Part shown: positions 40,821-51,427 of the stretch, in pieces | Position numbering within the stretch: the first letter of the stretch is position 1 | Layout: each line of letters starts with the position of its first letter | NCBI GenBank assembly: GCA_050014195.1 | Contig: JBEKDT010000011.1 | Coordinates: 64,001-128,000, forward strand | DNA from: Desulfomonilia bacterium | GTDB taxonomy: Bacteria > Desulfobacterota > Desulfomonilia > UBA1062 | Length of the DNA: 64,000 bases | Direction of reading: 5' to 3' | Program-made: the position numbers and the translations under genes | The notes under the pieces: generated by a model | What the model was told of the DNA's origin: nothing | Seen by the model: only the letters and a program-made list of their open reading frames with translations | Database searches by the model: none

Positions 40821-41669
40821 ATGAAGGTCATAAAGACATCTTTTGTTCGTATTTTTTTTCTCATCCTGATGTGCTTATTCATGAGCAGCATAGCTTTTGC
40901 AGAAAAAACACTGGTAGTTGCGGTCAACGCGAACTGGCCCCCCATGCAGATGAAAGACGGCAAAGGGAATGTAAACGGCTACGAGATCGACCTGTTGAAG
41001 GCTATCGCCGCAGAGGCCGGGTTCAAGTTCAAGATGGTGAATGCTTCCTGGAGGAATATCTTCAATGATCTGAATGCAGGCAAGTATGATGCGATCATGG
41101 CATCCGTGAGCATTACTGACGGCAAAAAGGAGAAGTTTGACTTTTCCGATCCCTACTTTACTGCCGAACAAATCCTCCTAGTCCCCAAGGCAAAGGTAAA
41201 TGCACAGCTTGCCGGCAAGACAATGGCGGTCTTTAAATTAACAACAGGTGCAGAGGCTGTCAGGAGCACTCAGGGCTGCAACATCACCTACTATACGGTC
41301 GAGGAAACCGAGCAAGCCTTCAAGGACCTGTCCAAGGGTTATCTCGACGGCGTGCTCTGCGATTCACCGGTGGCCTATAACTATGCCGCCAAGTACAATG
41401 GCAAGCTTGCCATGAAGAACGACGCATGCGCCTTGGCAAAAAAATCAGCCAATGAAGAATACGGGGTCGTGGTAAAGAAAGGCGACTCTGAAACCCTTGA
41501 TCTCATTAACAAAGGCCTGAAGGCCGTCAAAGAAAAAGGGATCGAAGCAAAGATCAAGGATAAGTGGTTCAGAGAAATCATCCTGGCTTCCGGGGCTAAG
41601 ACACAAGACTCCAAATTGGCATCAGAGATCATGACAGGCCCCCAGAACTCACCGGTTTCGGACAAATAA
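40821..41669 (+). CDS. Amino-acid ABC transporter substrate-binding protein
   Basis: Signal peptide, WPPM, GYEIDL, FSDPY. Confidence 0.88.
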   Translation: MKVIKTSFVRIFFLILMCLFMSSIAFAEKTLVVAVNANWPPMQMKDGKGNVNGYEIDLLKAIAAEAGFKFKMVNASWRNIFNDLNAGKYDAIMASVSITDGKKEKFDFSDPYFTAEQILLVPKAKVNAQLAGKTMAVFKLTTGAEAVRSTQGCNITYYTVEETEQAFKDLSKGYLDGVLCDSPVAYNYAAKYNGKLAMKNDACALAKKSANEEYGVVVKKGDSETLDLINKGLKAVKEKGIEAKIKDKWFREIILASGAKTQDSKLASEIMTGPQNSPVSDK

Positions 41670-41702
41670 CCCAACTTATTTAGACAATTATTGAGTATTA
41701 TG

Positions 41703-41740
41703 AGGCTTTCTCCTGCCGATATGGCAGGAGAAAGCCTTTT
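41703..41740 (+). terminator. Intrinsic terminator
   Basis: AGGCTTTCTCCTGCC/GGCAGGAGAAAGCCT stem + T-tract. Confidence 0.85.
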
Positions 41741-41902
41741 TATCGATCTGATGAGTTCTGTTTCACTGACTTAAAATATTTATCATCGACCATGATCGCG
41801 ATAACCCCCTAAATCACAAATTCTTTTATACCTCTCACATCCTCTTGATGATAAACTCATCTAAACTTATTAAATGTGCCAATAGGATCGATAAGAAATG
41901 TT

Positions 41903-43582
41903 ATGAGAATAATCTATCTAACCGACATACACGGCGATTTTGAGCGTGTGAAAAACCTCCTCTCGGAGACGGTTGCGCAGCTGTACATCATTTCCGGCGA
42001 TCTCATCGATATCCCTTTTTACAACATGGAGACCTCCATCCGATATCACGAGCTCCAGTCATATTTCCACGGTCTGAGAATGAGCTTGAAAGAGGAGGAT
42101 AAGTTACTGGAGGATTTTGTTGAACAACTCCTTGAGAGTCCCAATGTTAATGAAGAGATCGAGGAAAAAGGAACTAAATATCAGCAATATACCATTCGGG
42201 CGCGTCGTGTGATGCAGCAGAAATACAAGGTATTGAAAAATATCATCTCCATGAAAAAGAAATCTCGTGTCTTATGCCTGCCCGGCAATTACGACATGGA
42301 CCTCAAATATACGGCCCTGCATGATAATGATCTGCATCTGCACTGGTATAAGATTGATGACTTTCGCATATGCGGCTATGGCGGAGCCGAAGTATGGACC
42401 CCGGGGATACCGGAACGGTATATCGTGAGGTACCAGGCCGGCATGAACACATATGGAAAAAGAAATGGGAAGAAAAACGAGATGTACCCCTTCTTCCGGG
42501 TTGTCAAGCCGGACATCATCGTGGCCCACCAACCTGCCTACGGGGTGCATGACAACACGACGGCAGGCGGGGCTTTCGGATCACCTGTACTACGCACCTA
42601 TTGCGACGACAACCCGGTACTCTTATGCCTGACCGGCCATGCTCATGATTCCTGGGGTGTGGCCCTCCATGAGAACACCCTCTACCTCAATCCATCCAAT
42701 TTTGGAGAAGTCACCGGACCCACCGGGGAGGTAGCAGAAGGCGGTTTTTTCTACCAGATCGAGACCGAACATCTCAAGGTGAAGAGTATCATTTTTAAGA
42801 AGTTCTACGATGGAAGGATATTCGACATAGCCGATTACTACTCTGATGGGAAAAAATGGGTGGAAAAGATTATTGACCATGAACGCTACGATGCCCTCAA
42901 GAACCGACAGAACTTTGATATGAAGGACATTAAATACTCTCATATCCCCCAGATACAGCTCTTCAAAGAGATCAAGGAATTCTTCCGGATGTTTCAGACC
43001 CCCGAGACCGAAGATCGCGTCGACAAGCTTGAAGAGGTGGTACAACTCCTGGAAGACAAGATCCCTGGCGACATCGCTATGGATGTCATGGGTTCGGTGA
43101 ACATGGGCACCTCGCAGGCCGGTTCCGACATCGATCTGGTGCTCTATCTGAGATGCAACTCCGACTGCATTGACGGCCATAATGATTGCATATTCTCGCA
43201 GAGTGCTCAATTCATGATCAAGGAATACTTGGGCCACGAGTACGAGCCTCATTTCTTGGATTGTATCGATCTCAACCGGGTGGGAAAAAGCATCATGGAA
43301 AAGAACTTCGAATGCGAGACTCTCCAGCGTTTTGTTGCCTACCGCTCCATTTGTCGACCAATCAATTATCGTGTAATCGCGCCCATTGAGGACATGCTCA
43401 ACCAGGACATAATCTTCAAAAAGGAGGTGGAGGGGAGCATTCAGTCTTATATCCAGATCTTTTCAAACACCTCGGCGAATGTAAGATCACTCAAGAAATA
43501 TGAATCCCGGCTGAACGAGTTGGGAATCAAGGTGCCTGAATCAATCAAACGCACTATCAAGCAGTATCTGAACGAAAACTGA
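41903..43582 (+). CDS. Calcineurin-like metallophosphoesterase fused to a Pol-beta-type nucleotidyltransferase domain
   Basis: DIHG, GD, GNYD, AHQP, GHAH; C-terminal MGSVNMG...SDIDLV. Confidence 0.8.
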   Translation: MRIIYLTDIHGDFERVKNLLSETVAQLYIISGDLIDIPFYNMETSIRYHELQSYFHGLRMSLKEEDKLLEDFVEQLLESPNVNEEIEEKGTKYQQYTIRARRVMQQKYKVLKNIISMKKKSRVLCLPGNYDMDLKYTALHDNDLHLHWYKIDDFRICGYGGAEVWTPGIPERYIVRYQAGMNTYGKRNGKKNEMYPFFRVVKPDIIVAHQPAYGVHDNTTAGGAFGSPVLRTYCDDNPVLLCLTGHAHDSWGVALHENTLYLNPSNFGEVTGPTGEVAEGGFFYQIETEHLKVKSIIFKKFYDGRIFDIADYYSDGKKWVEKIIDHERYDALKNRQNFDMKDIKYSHIPQIQLFKEIKEFFRMFQTPETEDRVDKLEEVVQLLEDKIPGDIAMDVMGSVNMGTSQAGSDIDLVLYLRCNSDCIDGHNDCIFSQSAQFMIKEYLGHEYEPHFLDCIDLNRVGKSIMEKNFECETLQRFVAYRSICRPINYRVIAPIEDMLNQDIIFKKEVEGSIQSYIQIFSNTSANVRSLKKYESRLNELGIKVPESIKRTIKQYLNEN

Positions 43583-43836
43583 TGGAATAGCCTATTTACC
43601 TGTTATACAGCTCCACCTTAAATCGGTCGATGAAATACCATCTTGATAATATCCGTAAGACTGATGAATCGCTGATCTCCATTTATGCCCCACGAACACC
43701 ACCCGGGCCATAATGTCATATCTGCCGACCTGCCCCAACGGTCGGCATCACTTATATGTCAGGATTTACTTTTCCTTCCAATAGAGTTATAGGAAACCAA
43801 AGTCTTTATATGAATACATACTATAGGGCATATACA

Positions 43837-44559
43837 ATGAAAAATTATCTTTATAAACTCATCATATATAGTGTTACAGACCTCTGCTATAACAACTGTC
43901 TGAATTACTTCCCTTCAGGTTCTAGGATCCTGGATGTAGGTATCGGCAATGGTATGATGCTGCGTAATTACCATTCACTGATCAAGTCCAAAAACTTCTC
44001 AATCGTCGGAATCGACATAAACAAAGAATACTTAAGCCATTGCGGCAGTCTGATCAGGAATTGCAGGCTCGAAGACCAGATCCGGATTTTTCACGAGCCG
44101 GTGGAGTGTTATGAGCCGCCCGAGCAGGGGTATTTCGATTTCATCCTGTTCAGCATGAGCTTCATGCTTTTCAATGATCAGGAACTGGTGCTCGACCGCA
44201 TTAGGGGTTGGTTGAAACCGGGTGGGAAAATACTCTTTTTCCAGACCATGTTCCACAATCGTTCTTTATTTATGGAGTTCATTAAACCCAAGCTCAAATA
44301 TTTCACTACCGTCGACTTCGGGCGGGTTACCTATGATGAAGGCTTCTTTGACTTGCTTCAAAAGAAGAAGCTTGCCATCGTAGAGGACAGACTCATCAAG
44401 AAGGAATGGTTTAAGGGTGAATACCGTCTTATCATATCCAGCCTGGAAAACGGCAAAGCCGCAAAGAGTGCGGCGAGAGTGTCCAGGATCGAGCCTGCTT
44501 ATCTGAGGCCCCGTCAATTGAAAAAAGCGGGAAGAAAATCCCACACCATCGAATATTAA
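43837..44559 (+). CDS. Class I SAM-dependent methyltransferase
   Basis: ILDVGIGNG, GIDIN, LKPGG. Confidence 0.85.
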   Translation: MKNYLYKLIIYSVTDLCYNNCLNYFPSGSRILDVGIGNGMMLRNYHSLIKSKNFSIVGIDINKEYLSHCGSLIRNCRLEDQIRIFHEPVECYEPPEQGYFDFILFSMSFMLFNDQELVLDRIRGWLKPGGKILFFQTMFHNRSLFMEFIKPKLKYFTTVDFGRVTYDEGFFDLLQKKKLAIVEDRLIKKEWFKGEYRLIISSLENGKAAKSAARVSRIEPAYLRPRQLKKAGRKSHTIEY

Positions 44560-44705
44560 GCCCCAGGCCCTTTTCCTTCATCAATACTATTCGGGTTGGA
44601 TTTCCGGTAGAAGGTTCGGGTTTCATGCCGGAAAAGAGGTTCTTGATACTATATGCCCCTGACACACTCAAACAACATCTCACATGAGGTGTATTTAAAA
44701 AATCC

Positions 44706-45185
44706 ATGATTCAAGGATTCTTTAAGAAATACATCATCACACCGATTACGGCCCTGATGAGACAGGGACTCACACCGCAGATACTTGCCTTAAGCATGGC
44801 CAGTGGCATTATCATAGGCACATTTCCCCTTGTCGGCACCACTACGGCCATTTGTACCATGGTGGTAATCGTATTCCGTATGAACCTCCTTGTGGCACAA
44901 CTTGGAAACTGGCTGGTATACCCCTTACAGCTCCTTTTGATCGTGCCTTTTATTATCATGGGCAAGCACCTCTTCGGGTCGCCTTCCACCCTGGATCCAT
45001 CTCACCTGGTAACCTTGCTCCGCACTGATCTCTGGACAACCCTTCAGCTGTTCTCGAAAATGATCATCCATGCAACGGCTGCCTGGGCACTCTGTGCACC
45101 TCTGGCCTTTGCAGCTGTCTATGCAGTGATCTACCCCCTTTTCAGGCACCTCCATGCTCGTTTGGAGCGTAAAAATCCCGCCTGA
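44706..45185 (+). CDS. DUF2062 family membrane protein
   Basis: TPQILALSMASG..IGTFPLVG, NWLVYP. Confidence 0.75.
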   Translation: MIQGFFKKYIITPITALMRQGLTPQILALSMASGIIIGTFPLVGTTTAICTMVVIVFRMNLLVAQLGNWLVYPLQLLLIVPFIIMGKHLFGSPSTLDPSHLVTLLRTDLWTTLQLFSKMIIHATAAWALCAPLAFAAVYAVIYPLFRHLHARLERKNPA

Positions 45186-45313
45186 TTGAAATGCTTCAAA
45201 CCTTTGCCGGGTTTACATAGGGAGAATGCCCTCCTCAATTTGAGATAAACGTATGAAATGATTTGCCGTGAACATCATTGCATGCACCCTTTACTTGCAG
45301 TATAGGTCCGCTC

Positions 45314-45841
45314 ATGATGAACCGGAAATGCATCCTTCTCCATACATGTTGCGCACCATGCTCCTCTGCCGTTGTGGAGAGGCTGCACGAGCAGGGATAT
45401 GATGTGGTACTATACTTCAGCAACTCCAACATCCATCCCGAGGAAGAATATCTTAAAAGGCTTGATGAAACCCGGAGACTAGCCGCGATGCAGGGTCTTG
45501 ACCTTGTTGAAGACGTGTATGACCATGATGCATGGCTCGCTCACATACGAGGTCTTGAAGATGAGCCCGAGCGAGGGAGACGCTGCCTCAAATGCTTTGA
45601 ATACAACCTGGGCAGGGCATCCGGCATGGCGCAAAGGCTTGGAGTTCCAGACTTCACCACCACGCTCACCGTAAGCCGCCACAAGTCATCCGGAGACATC
45701 TTCGCAGTGGGAAGCACAATGCCCGGATTCCTAGCCATAGATTTCAAGAAACAGGACGGTTACGCCCGGAGCATCAAACTCAGTATCCAGTTCAATCTCT
45801 ACCGCCAGGGGTATTGCGGTTGTGAGTTCAGTAAAAGGTAG
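45314..45841 (+). CDS. queH: Epoxyqueuosine reductase QueH
   Basis: LLHTCCAPCS, NIHP..EY, RC..C, YRQGYCGCEFS. Confidence 0.9.
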   Translation: MMNRKCILLHTCCAPCSSAVVERLHEQGYDVVLYFSNSNIHPEEEYLKRLDETRRLAAMQGLDLVEDVYDHDAWLAHIRGLEDEPERGRRCLKCFEYNLGRASGMAQRLGVPDFTTTLTVSRHKSSGDIFAVGSTMPGFLAIDFKKQDGYARSIKLSIQFNLYRQGYCGCEFSKR

Positions 45842-45924
45842 TACATTTGCTTTTCCCTCGTATGAACCTATAGAATGATTATATTCCCGGCATCTAAAAA
45901 ATAACCCGGTTATGGAGGTGAGTC

Positions 45925-46149
45925 ATGGCAGGGAAGATCTTTTATCGTGAGAGGACAAAGGCAGGCCAAGGCGAGAAGAAACCCAGATTCTTCCTGGTGG
46001 CCGTGGCGGGATTAGACCTCAAGTTCCATGCCAAGCACGTTCGCAAGACCGAACTCGATAGGATAGCCAAAGAGTTAGGTGCGGAGCTTATCCTCCTGGA
46101 TCGTGATGCAGAGGGAAAATATGGGAGTGATGAGGTGGAGGTTGATTAA
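45925..46149 (+). CDS. Small hypothetical protein
   Basis: Strong GGAGG RBS, directly upstream of the MoSto-like gene. Confidence 0.7.
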   Translation: MAGKIFYRERTKAGQGEKKPRFFLVAVAGLDLKFHAKHVRKTELDRIAKELGAELILLDRDAEGKYGSDEVEVD

Positions 46150-46174
46150 GAACATGGCATGAAAGGATACACAT

Positions 46175-47008
46175 ATGGCCCTGGTCAGAGAGAAAGACGG
46201 TAAGCGCCTCCATGTAAAGAGCAGGCTCATGGGTGAAAGCCTGGTGAGGAAATCACTCTATGATGATATGGAGATTCCCCCCCAGCTCCGGTTGTTTCCC
46301 GAAGTGAATGTGGTGAAGATCGGCGGCCAGTCCATCTGCGACCGTGGGATCAAGGCCCTGCCGGCCATAATCAAGGAGATCGGGGCGGCCAAGGTCAGGC
46401 ACAAGATACTCCTGACTACAGGCGGCGGAACCAGGAGCAGGCATATCTATACAATCGCCCTGGAGCTGGGCATGCCCACGGGCATCATCGCCAGGTTTGC
46501 CAGTACCATATCAGAACAGAATGCAATCCTGCTTGCCACCCTGCTCGCCCCATGGGACGGTATCCGGATCCATCAGGACGACCTCCTGAAACTTCCTACG
46601 TACTATTCCCAGGGGTGCATCCCGGTCACCCAGGGCATGCCTCCCTTCGATTACTTTGCCCTGCCCCCTGAACACGGGAGGCTGCCTGTCCACCGGACTG
46701 ATGCCGGTACACTCCTCATAGCAAACCTCATCGGCGCAAAGAGCTGTATCCTCGTCAAGGACGAGGACGGTCTCTATACGGACAATCCAAAAACCAATGA
46801 GCATGCGGCCTTCATCCCGGAAATCGGGGCAAGGGAGCTCATGAAGAAGGACCTCGAAGACCTCGTCATCGAGCGCTCATGCCTGGAGATCCTGCAGAAC
46901 AGCGAGGTATTGGAACGGATACAGATAATAAACGGCCTTAAGGAAGGCAACATCACCCGGGCGCTCGCAGGGGAACACGTCGGCACTATCATCTACAAAG
47001 AAAAATGA
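46175..47008 (+). CDS. Amino-acid-kinase-fold protein, molybdenum storage protein-like
   Basis: SRLMGESL, VVKIGGQS..DRG, GGGTRSRH, PVHRTD, KDEDGLYT.NP. Confidence 0.75.
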   Translation: MALVREKDGKRLHVKSRLMGESLVRKSLYDDMEIPPQLRLFPEVNVVKIGGQSICDRGIKALPAIIKEIGAAKVRHKILLTTGGGTRSRHIYTIALELGMPTGIIARFASTISEQNAILLATLLAPWDGIRIHQDDLLKLPTYYSQGCIPVTQGMPPFDYFALPPEHGRLPVHRTDAGTLLIANLIGAKSCILVKDEDGLYTDNPKTNEHAAFIPEIGARELMKKDLEDLVIERSCLEILQNSEVLERIQIINGLKEGNITRALAGEHVGTIIYKEK

Positions 47009-47268
47009 GGCTTATATGTGTCTCACAAAGAGTCGATTCAAAGTATAAAATGTCAGGAGTCACACCCTGATCAGATCTGATATTATCTCTATAGATCTTA
47101 TTCCAAGATTATCGGTTTGCAAGCCTTTGGGAAGCGGCGATTTATCGAAGGAATCAATGGTTCATAACCACCGAAACAATAAGTCCCATTCCTTGATAAT
47201 TCATCCTTAGCTATTCCTCTAACCACTGGCAAGACTTTATCTCTGCCAGTGCCACGTTATGACTTCAA

Positions 47269-48522
47269 TCATTTCTCATCCAAATGTAGTTCGCTGACCA
47301 ATAAAAGAGCATCATTTATCGCCAACTTCTGGAGTTCAAGCAAAACATTATTTGCATCGGGTACAGGCGCGCGGTCAACGAGATCATCAGTCAACATCGC
47401 CAAGGCGGCCAATAGACCTGCGGTATTCTTTGCATGTTGATCATGTAAGAGCTGAAATACTTTGAGATGAGGGAGTGAATCAACCACATGGCCTACATAG
47501 CTGTGCGGTTGAAGATCGGTGATACCTTTTTTGTGAAGGAGACCGTTACGGTAGTTGTTCAGTTCGATCAAATACTCGGACTTGACCATCTCAAGGAGAA
47601 AGTGACCGTAATAGGTTTCCTTCATCCGCAAAGGAAGCGATCGATTCAGCGCTTCGAGCTTTGCTTTGTGCGTTTTTTTCGCATCAAGACCCTCTATTTG
47701 AAAGACGGTAGCTACAAGAGCCAAAATCTTCTCGATTGATGCCTTCAAATACGTAACCATCAGATCGGCGTGCATGATACCGTACATCTCAGCCTTTACA
47801 ATAAGCGATTCGCGTTTTTCCTCACGGACTTTAAATACAAGGGTGAGGTATTCGAGCAGCAAAAGAGCCGTCTTCTCCTGAAGAAACAGAGTATCGTAAA
47901 GATACGGAATAATCCCATCACTGTTGGGATGGTTTGCTTGACGAACGGAGTTAAAAGCGAAGGCCGCATCAATCTCAAGAAAATATTGCATAGATACAAT
48001 GGGAACTTTGACGACCATAGGATACACAAGTAAGCAAATCCCAGGCACTCGAAGCTTGAGCTGAAGATTTAGTGGGGGATTGGATGCCAATATGTCGCGA
48101 AACAGCATACGAGTCAATATAGTGTGCGTTGCCAGAGCATCAGCTTTGGTCTGGTCTAGTTCTGTTAAGTAGGAATTGGTCCACTCCCTTGAACCATGCC
48201 AGTGCATAAGCCTGAATAACTCGGGTCCATAGTCTTCTTCTTTGCCAAATACTTCCTTGATAAATGTTTTTTTTGCTGCTGCCTATATTTTGTCTTGCGA
48301 CGGAGACCATGATTGTGTCAGCACTGCAACTATTTTTCGGCGGAGGGGCTCCTCATTCCATAACACCCAAGGATGGACAGCTGTAAACATCGAGCCTTTC
48401 TGAAATTTTCCGTCACTTAACACGACCACATAGTCATCATGGGGCTTTAAGGTAGTTTCCCACAGCCAATCAATCGGTGTACTGATGAGTTTGCGTATAT
48501 CGATATGTTTCATGGCCACCAA
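47269..48522 (-). pseudogene. HEPN-motif protein gene interrupted by one in-frame TAG (48283-48285)
   Basis: ORFs 48283-48522 and 47269-48207 are in the same frame with an open linker; YRNGLLH motif. Confidence 0.7.
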
Positions 48523-48807
48523 AAAGCTTTGTTAGTATTATGTAAGAGTGTGGTCTTGCCTGCTGAACAATAACAATACTGCATTTTGCTTCACTTGTAT
48601 ATTTTTCTAAAGCTTAATTGCAGTATATTCTGATAATAAGCACACTGCAATATGGTTGTTATAATTTTTAACCATAGATTTTGTGCCAAAAGTAACGGAC
48701 TGAGTTGGATTTGCACCATGCATAGATTACAGAGATCTATATTCTTGATCAAAAGGAGATAAGAGAGACCGTATACGTTTCAATGAATTTTAATGTAATG
48801 TTAGTAA

Positions 48808-48847
48808 TTTCTTCTGGTGTAGTTGTCAGTATCTACACCAGAAGAAA
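48808..48847 (-). terminator. Hairpin terminator after usp
   Basis: TTTCTTCTGGTGTAG/CTACACCAGAAGAAA. Confidence 0.75.
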
Positions 48848-48855
48848 TAAGAAAA

Positions 48856-49311
48856 TCAATGCGATTGCCGAATAACCATCACGGGACATTCCGCTGCTCT
48901 GACAATCTTATCTGTAACACTGCCTATGAGATACTTCAGGATGCCTGTCTTGCCATGGGACGCAATAACAATTAGATCAAACTTGTTTTTCTTCTGTTCA
49001 TCCAATAAAACCTCAGCAGGTATTCCATTCTTAACTTCAAAGGAGATGTCCACCTTCGTTGATCCCTTCAAGGAATTAATTGTTTTATTGAGCTTGTCTG
49101 TTGATGCTTTCATGATTTCATTTTTTAACTGCTCTATTGCCTCATTGCTAACACAATAATCAGCCGCACACTGTCGTATGTTCTCATCAATGACATGCAA
49201 AAGAATAATCTTGGCATTATACTGTGATGCAATATCAACAGCTATTTGTAATGCCTTATCCGAGTATTGTGAAAAATCTGTTGGAACGAGAATTTTTTTT
49301 GGTGAGAACAT
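48856..49311 (-). CDS. Universal stress protein
   Basis: KILVPTDFS, DLIVIASHG, IGSVTDKIVR..CPV. Confidence 0.92.
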   Translation of the reverse strand: MFSPKKILVPTDFSQYSDKALQIAVDIASQYNAKIILLHVIDENIRQCAADYCVSNEAIEQLKNEIMKASTDKLNKTINSLKGSTKVDISFEVKNGIPAEVLLDEQKKNKFDLIVIASHGKTGILKYLIGSVTDKIVRAAECPVMVIRQSH

Positions 49312-49535
49312 GATTATCAACCTCCATTTAAAGTATTCTTCCAGGGAAGGAGTCATAGAAGATACCATGATAATAGTAATGAAATTACAGCAATCAAGGT
49401 GGTAAGTTAATTATTATTATAATAAGTGAAGATCTTGTGCCATACTACTCGCTTTGACCTTATTGAATATCTCCTTCGCAAATATAAAGAGAAGAGATTG
49501 TAATTCTACCCGGGATCATTCAAGGGGATGGGGTG

Positions 49536-50624
49536 TTATGACTTCTTGATGACATGAACCGCCGTAGCCTTGAATGCAGCGATCGCCTGCATGCCGGCCT
49601 CCACATGGAGATCATCCATTGCCTGCGGGGTTACATAGGCGCTGAGCAGGAAGCCGCAGTCGATCTGTATCTTGAAGAACAGCCCGATGGGCTGGACTTT
49701 TATGACCTTGCCCGTAAAGATATTGCGGGCACTGGAATCCGGTGGGTGGTCACCGGGGAATATCATCACGTGCTCAGGTCGTATGAAACACATGACCTGC
49801 TCCCCGGGTGCAAATGCCCCTACAGCAAAGATGTCACAACCATTGATCTTCACCTTGAGCACACCCCCGGAAGACCCTGCCACCTTACCCTCGAGCATGG
49901 TCTCGATCCCCACGAATACGGCCACCGTCTCATTGATCGGGTGGTTCATCACCTCGGCCGGGGGTCCGATCTGGATGATCCTTCCTCCATCCATCACGGC
50001 AATGCGCTTTGATAGCCGCAAGGCATCCATGCGGTCATGAGAGGCCATGATCGCGGTGGTGTGCTTTACACGCATGGCATGACCGAGATCCTCGATAATG
50101 GATTCCTTTGTCGGGGGGTCGAGGGATGCAAAGGGCTCGTCCAAGAAGATCATTTCCGGGTCCGTGGCAAAGGCCCTGGCCAGGCTTGTGCGTTGCGCCT
50201 CACCACCGGAGATCTTGCACGCCGATCGTGAGGCAAGATGCCCGATCCCGAACAATGCAAGGTGCTCCTCCACTAACGGCCGGGTCCGGGAACGCCCTAT
50301 TCTTCTGATCTTCAACCCCGAGGCCACATTGTCATATACGGTGGAATCGAAGAGCAGCGGCTCCTGGAACACCATGGCCAGGCGCCTTCTGTATGCAAGG
50401 AGTTCGGCCCCGTTTTTCACGGGCCGGCCGTGAAAGCTGAGCCCTCCATGCTCGAATCGTATAAGACCGGCCAGGCTTAACAGGAGTGTGGATTTTCCGG
50501 TCCCGTTCGGACCGATGATCGAGAGGAATTCCCCGGCCTTGACCGTTAGTTCCGGTATGTCAAGCACGGGAACCCCGCCCCGGCTGACCTGCAGATTGCG
50601 GACATCGAGGATGTTCTCGCTCAT
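49536..50624 (-). CDS. tupC: Tungstate ABC transporter ATPase with TOBE domains
   Basis: GPNGTGKST, ISGGEAQR, LDEPF, SSARN; real start MSENILDV. Confidence 0.88.
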   Translation of the reverse strand: MSENILDVRNLQVSRGGVPVLDIPELTVKAGEFLSIIGPNGTGKSTLLLSLAGLIRFEHGGLSFHGRPVKNGAELLAYRRRLAMVFQEPLLFDSTVYDNVASGLKIRRIGRSRTRPLVEEHLALFGIGHLASRSACKISGGEAQRTSLARAFATDPEMIFLDEPFASLDPPTKESIIEDLGHAMRVKHTTAIMASHDRMDALRLSKRIAVMDGGRIIQIGPPAEVMNHPINETVAVFVGIETMLEGKVAGSSGGVLKVKINGCDIFAVGAFAPGEQVMCFIRPEHVMIFPGDHPPDSSARNIFTGKVIKVQPIGLFFKIQIDCGFLLSAYVTPQAMDDLHVEAGMQAIAAFKATAVHVIKKS

Positions 50625-51319
50625 CGCGGCCGTTCCCGCTGCTGGATGCCCGTAAAGACGGCATTGATAGAGAAGCATAAGAACAGCAGGATCACCCCGA
50701 GCGCAATGGCGATGTCGAAGTTGCCCCGTCCTGTTTCCATGACCGTGGCCGTTGTCAGAACCCGCGTATAGCCCTTTATGTTGCCGCCTACCATGATCGA
50801 GGCCCCGACTTCCGAGATGACCCCCCCGAACCCCGCCATCACCGCTGCCAGGAGCGGCAGCCTTGCCTCCTTGATGAGCATCCAGATCATCTGGAACCGC
50901 GTGGCGCCCAGCGAGAGTATCTGGAGCCGCAAGCCTTCCGGGAGCTTCTGGATGGAGGCCAGTGAGATCCCGGCCACAATGGGTGTGGCGATGACGATCT
51001 GGGCGATCACAATGGCAGTGGGAGTATAGAGGAGCTCCAACATCCCGAGCGGACCATTGCGCCATAAGAGGATTGTTACGAAAAGCCCCACCACGACCGG
51101 AGGCATTCCCATGCCGGTATTGATGAGGCTCACGATGAACCTGCGACCTGGGAAGCGGGTCAGGGCCACCAGTGTGCCTGTTGATATGCCGATGGAGAGG
51201 CTTATGAAGGTGGCCAGACCCGAGACCTCGAGCGACAGCCACGTTATCCCGAGCACCTCGCGATCCAATGTGACCAGGAGCCAGATCGCCTTCCTGATGC
51301 CTTCTAAGATCAGATCCAT
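50621..51319 (-). CDS. tupB: Tungstate ABC transporter permease
   Basis: NTGMGMPPVVVGL, SEVGASIMVGGNI..TRVLTTA. Confidence 0.9.
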   Translation of the reverse strand: MDLILEGIRKAIWLLVTLDREVLGITWLSLEVSGLATFISLSIGISTGTLVALTRFPGRRFIVSLINTGMGMPPVVVGLFVTILLWRNGPLGMLELLYTPTAIVIAQIVIATPIVAGISLASIQKLPEGLRLQILSLGATRFQMIWMLIKEARLPLLAAVMAGFGGVISEVGASIMVGGNIKGYTRVLTTATVMETGRGNFDIAIALGVILLFLCFSINAVFTGIQQRERPR

Positions 51320-51427
51320 GCACCTACCCCCGTCCCTTCATCACCACCAGTCTCCTCTCCGCTGCTGACTGCTGGAGAATGAATCGCCGTGCATGGCAAG
51401 CCATGCCCGGCTCGAATGACATCGGTC

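Noticed and set aside
49536-51323. 595-aa ORF as one fused protein
   Set aside because: Its first ~230 aa are an off-frame shadow of tupB; the ATPase starts at 50624
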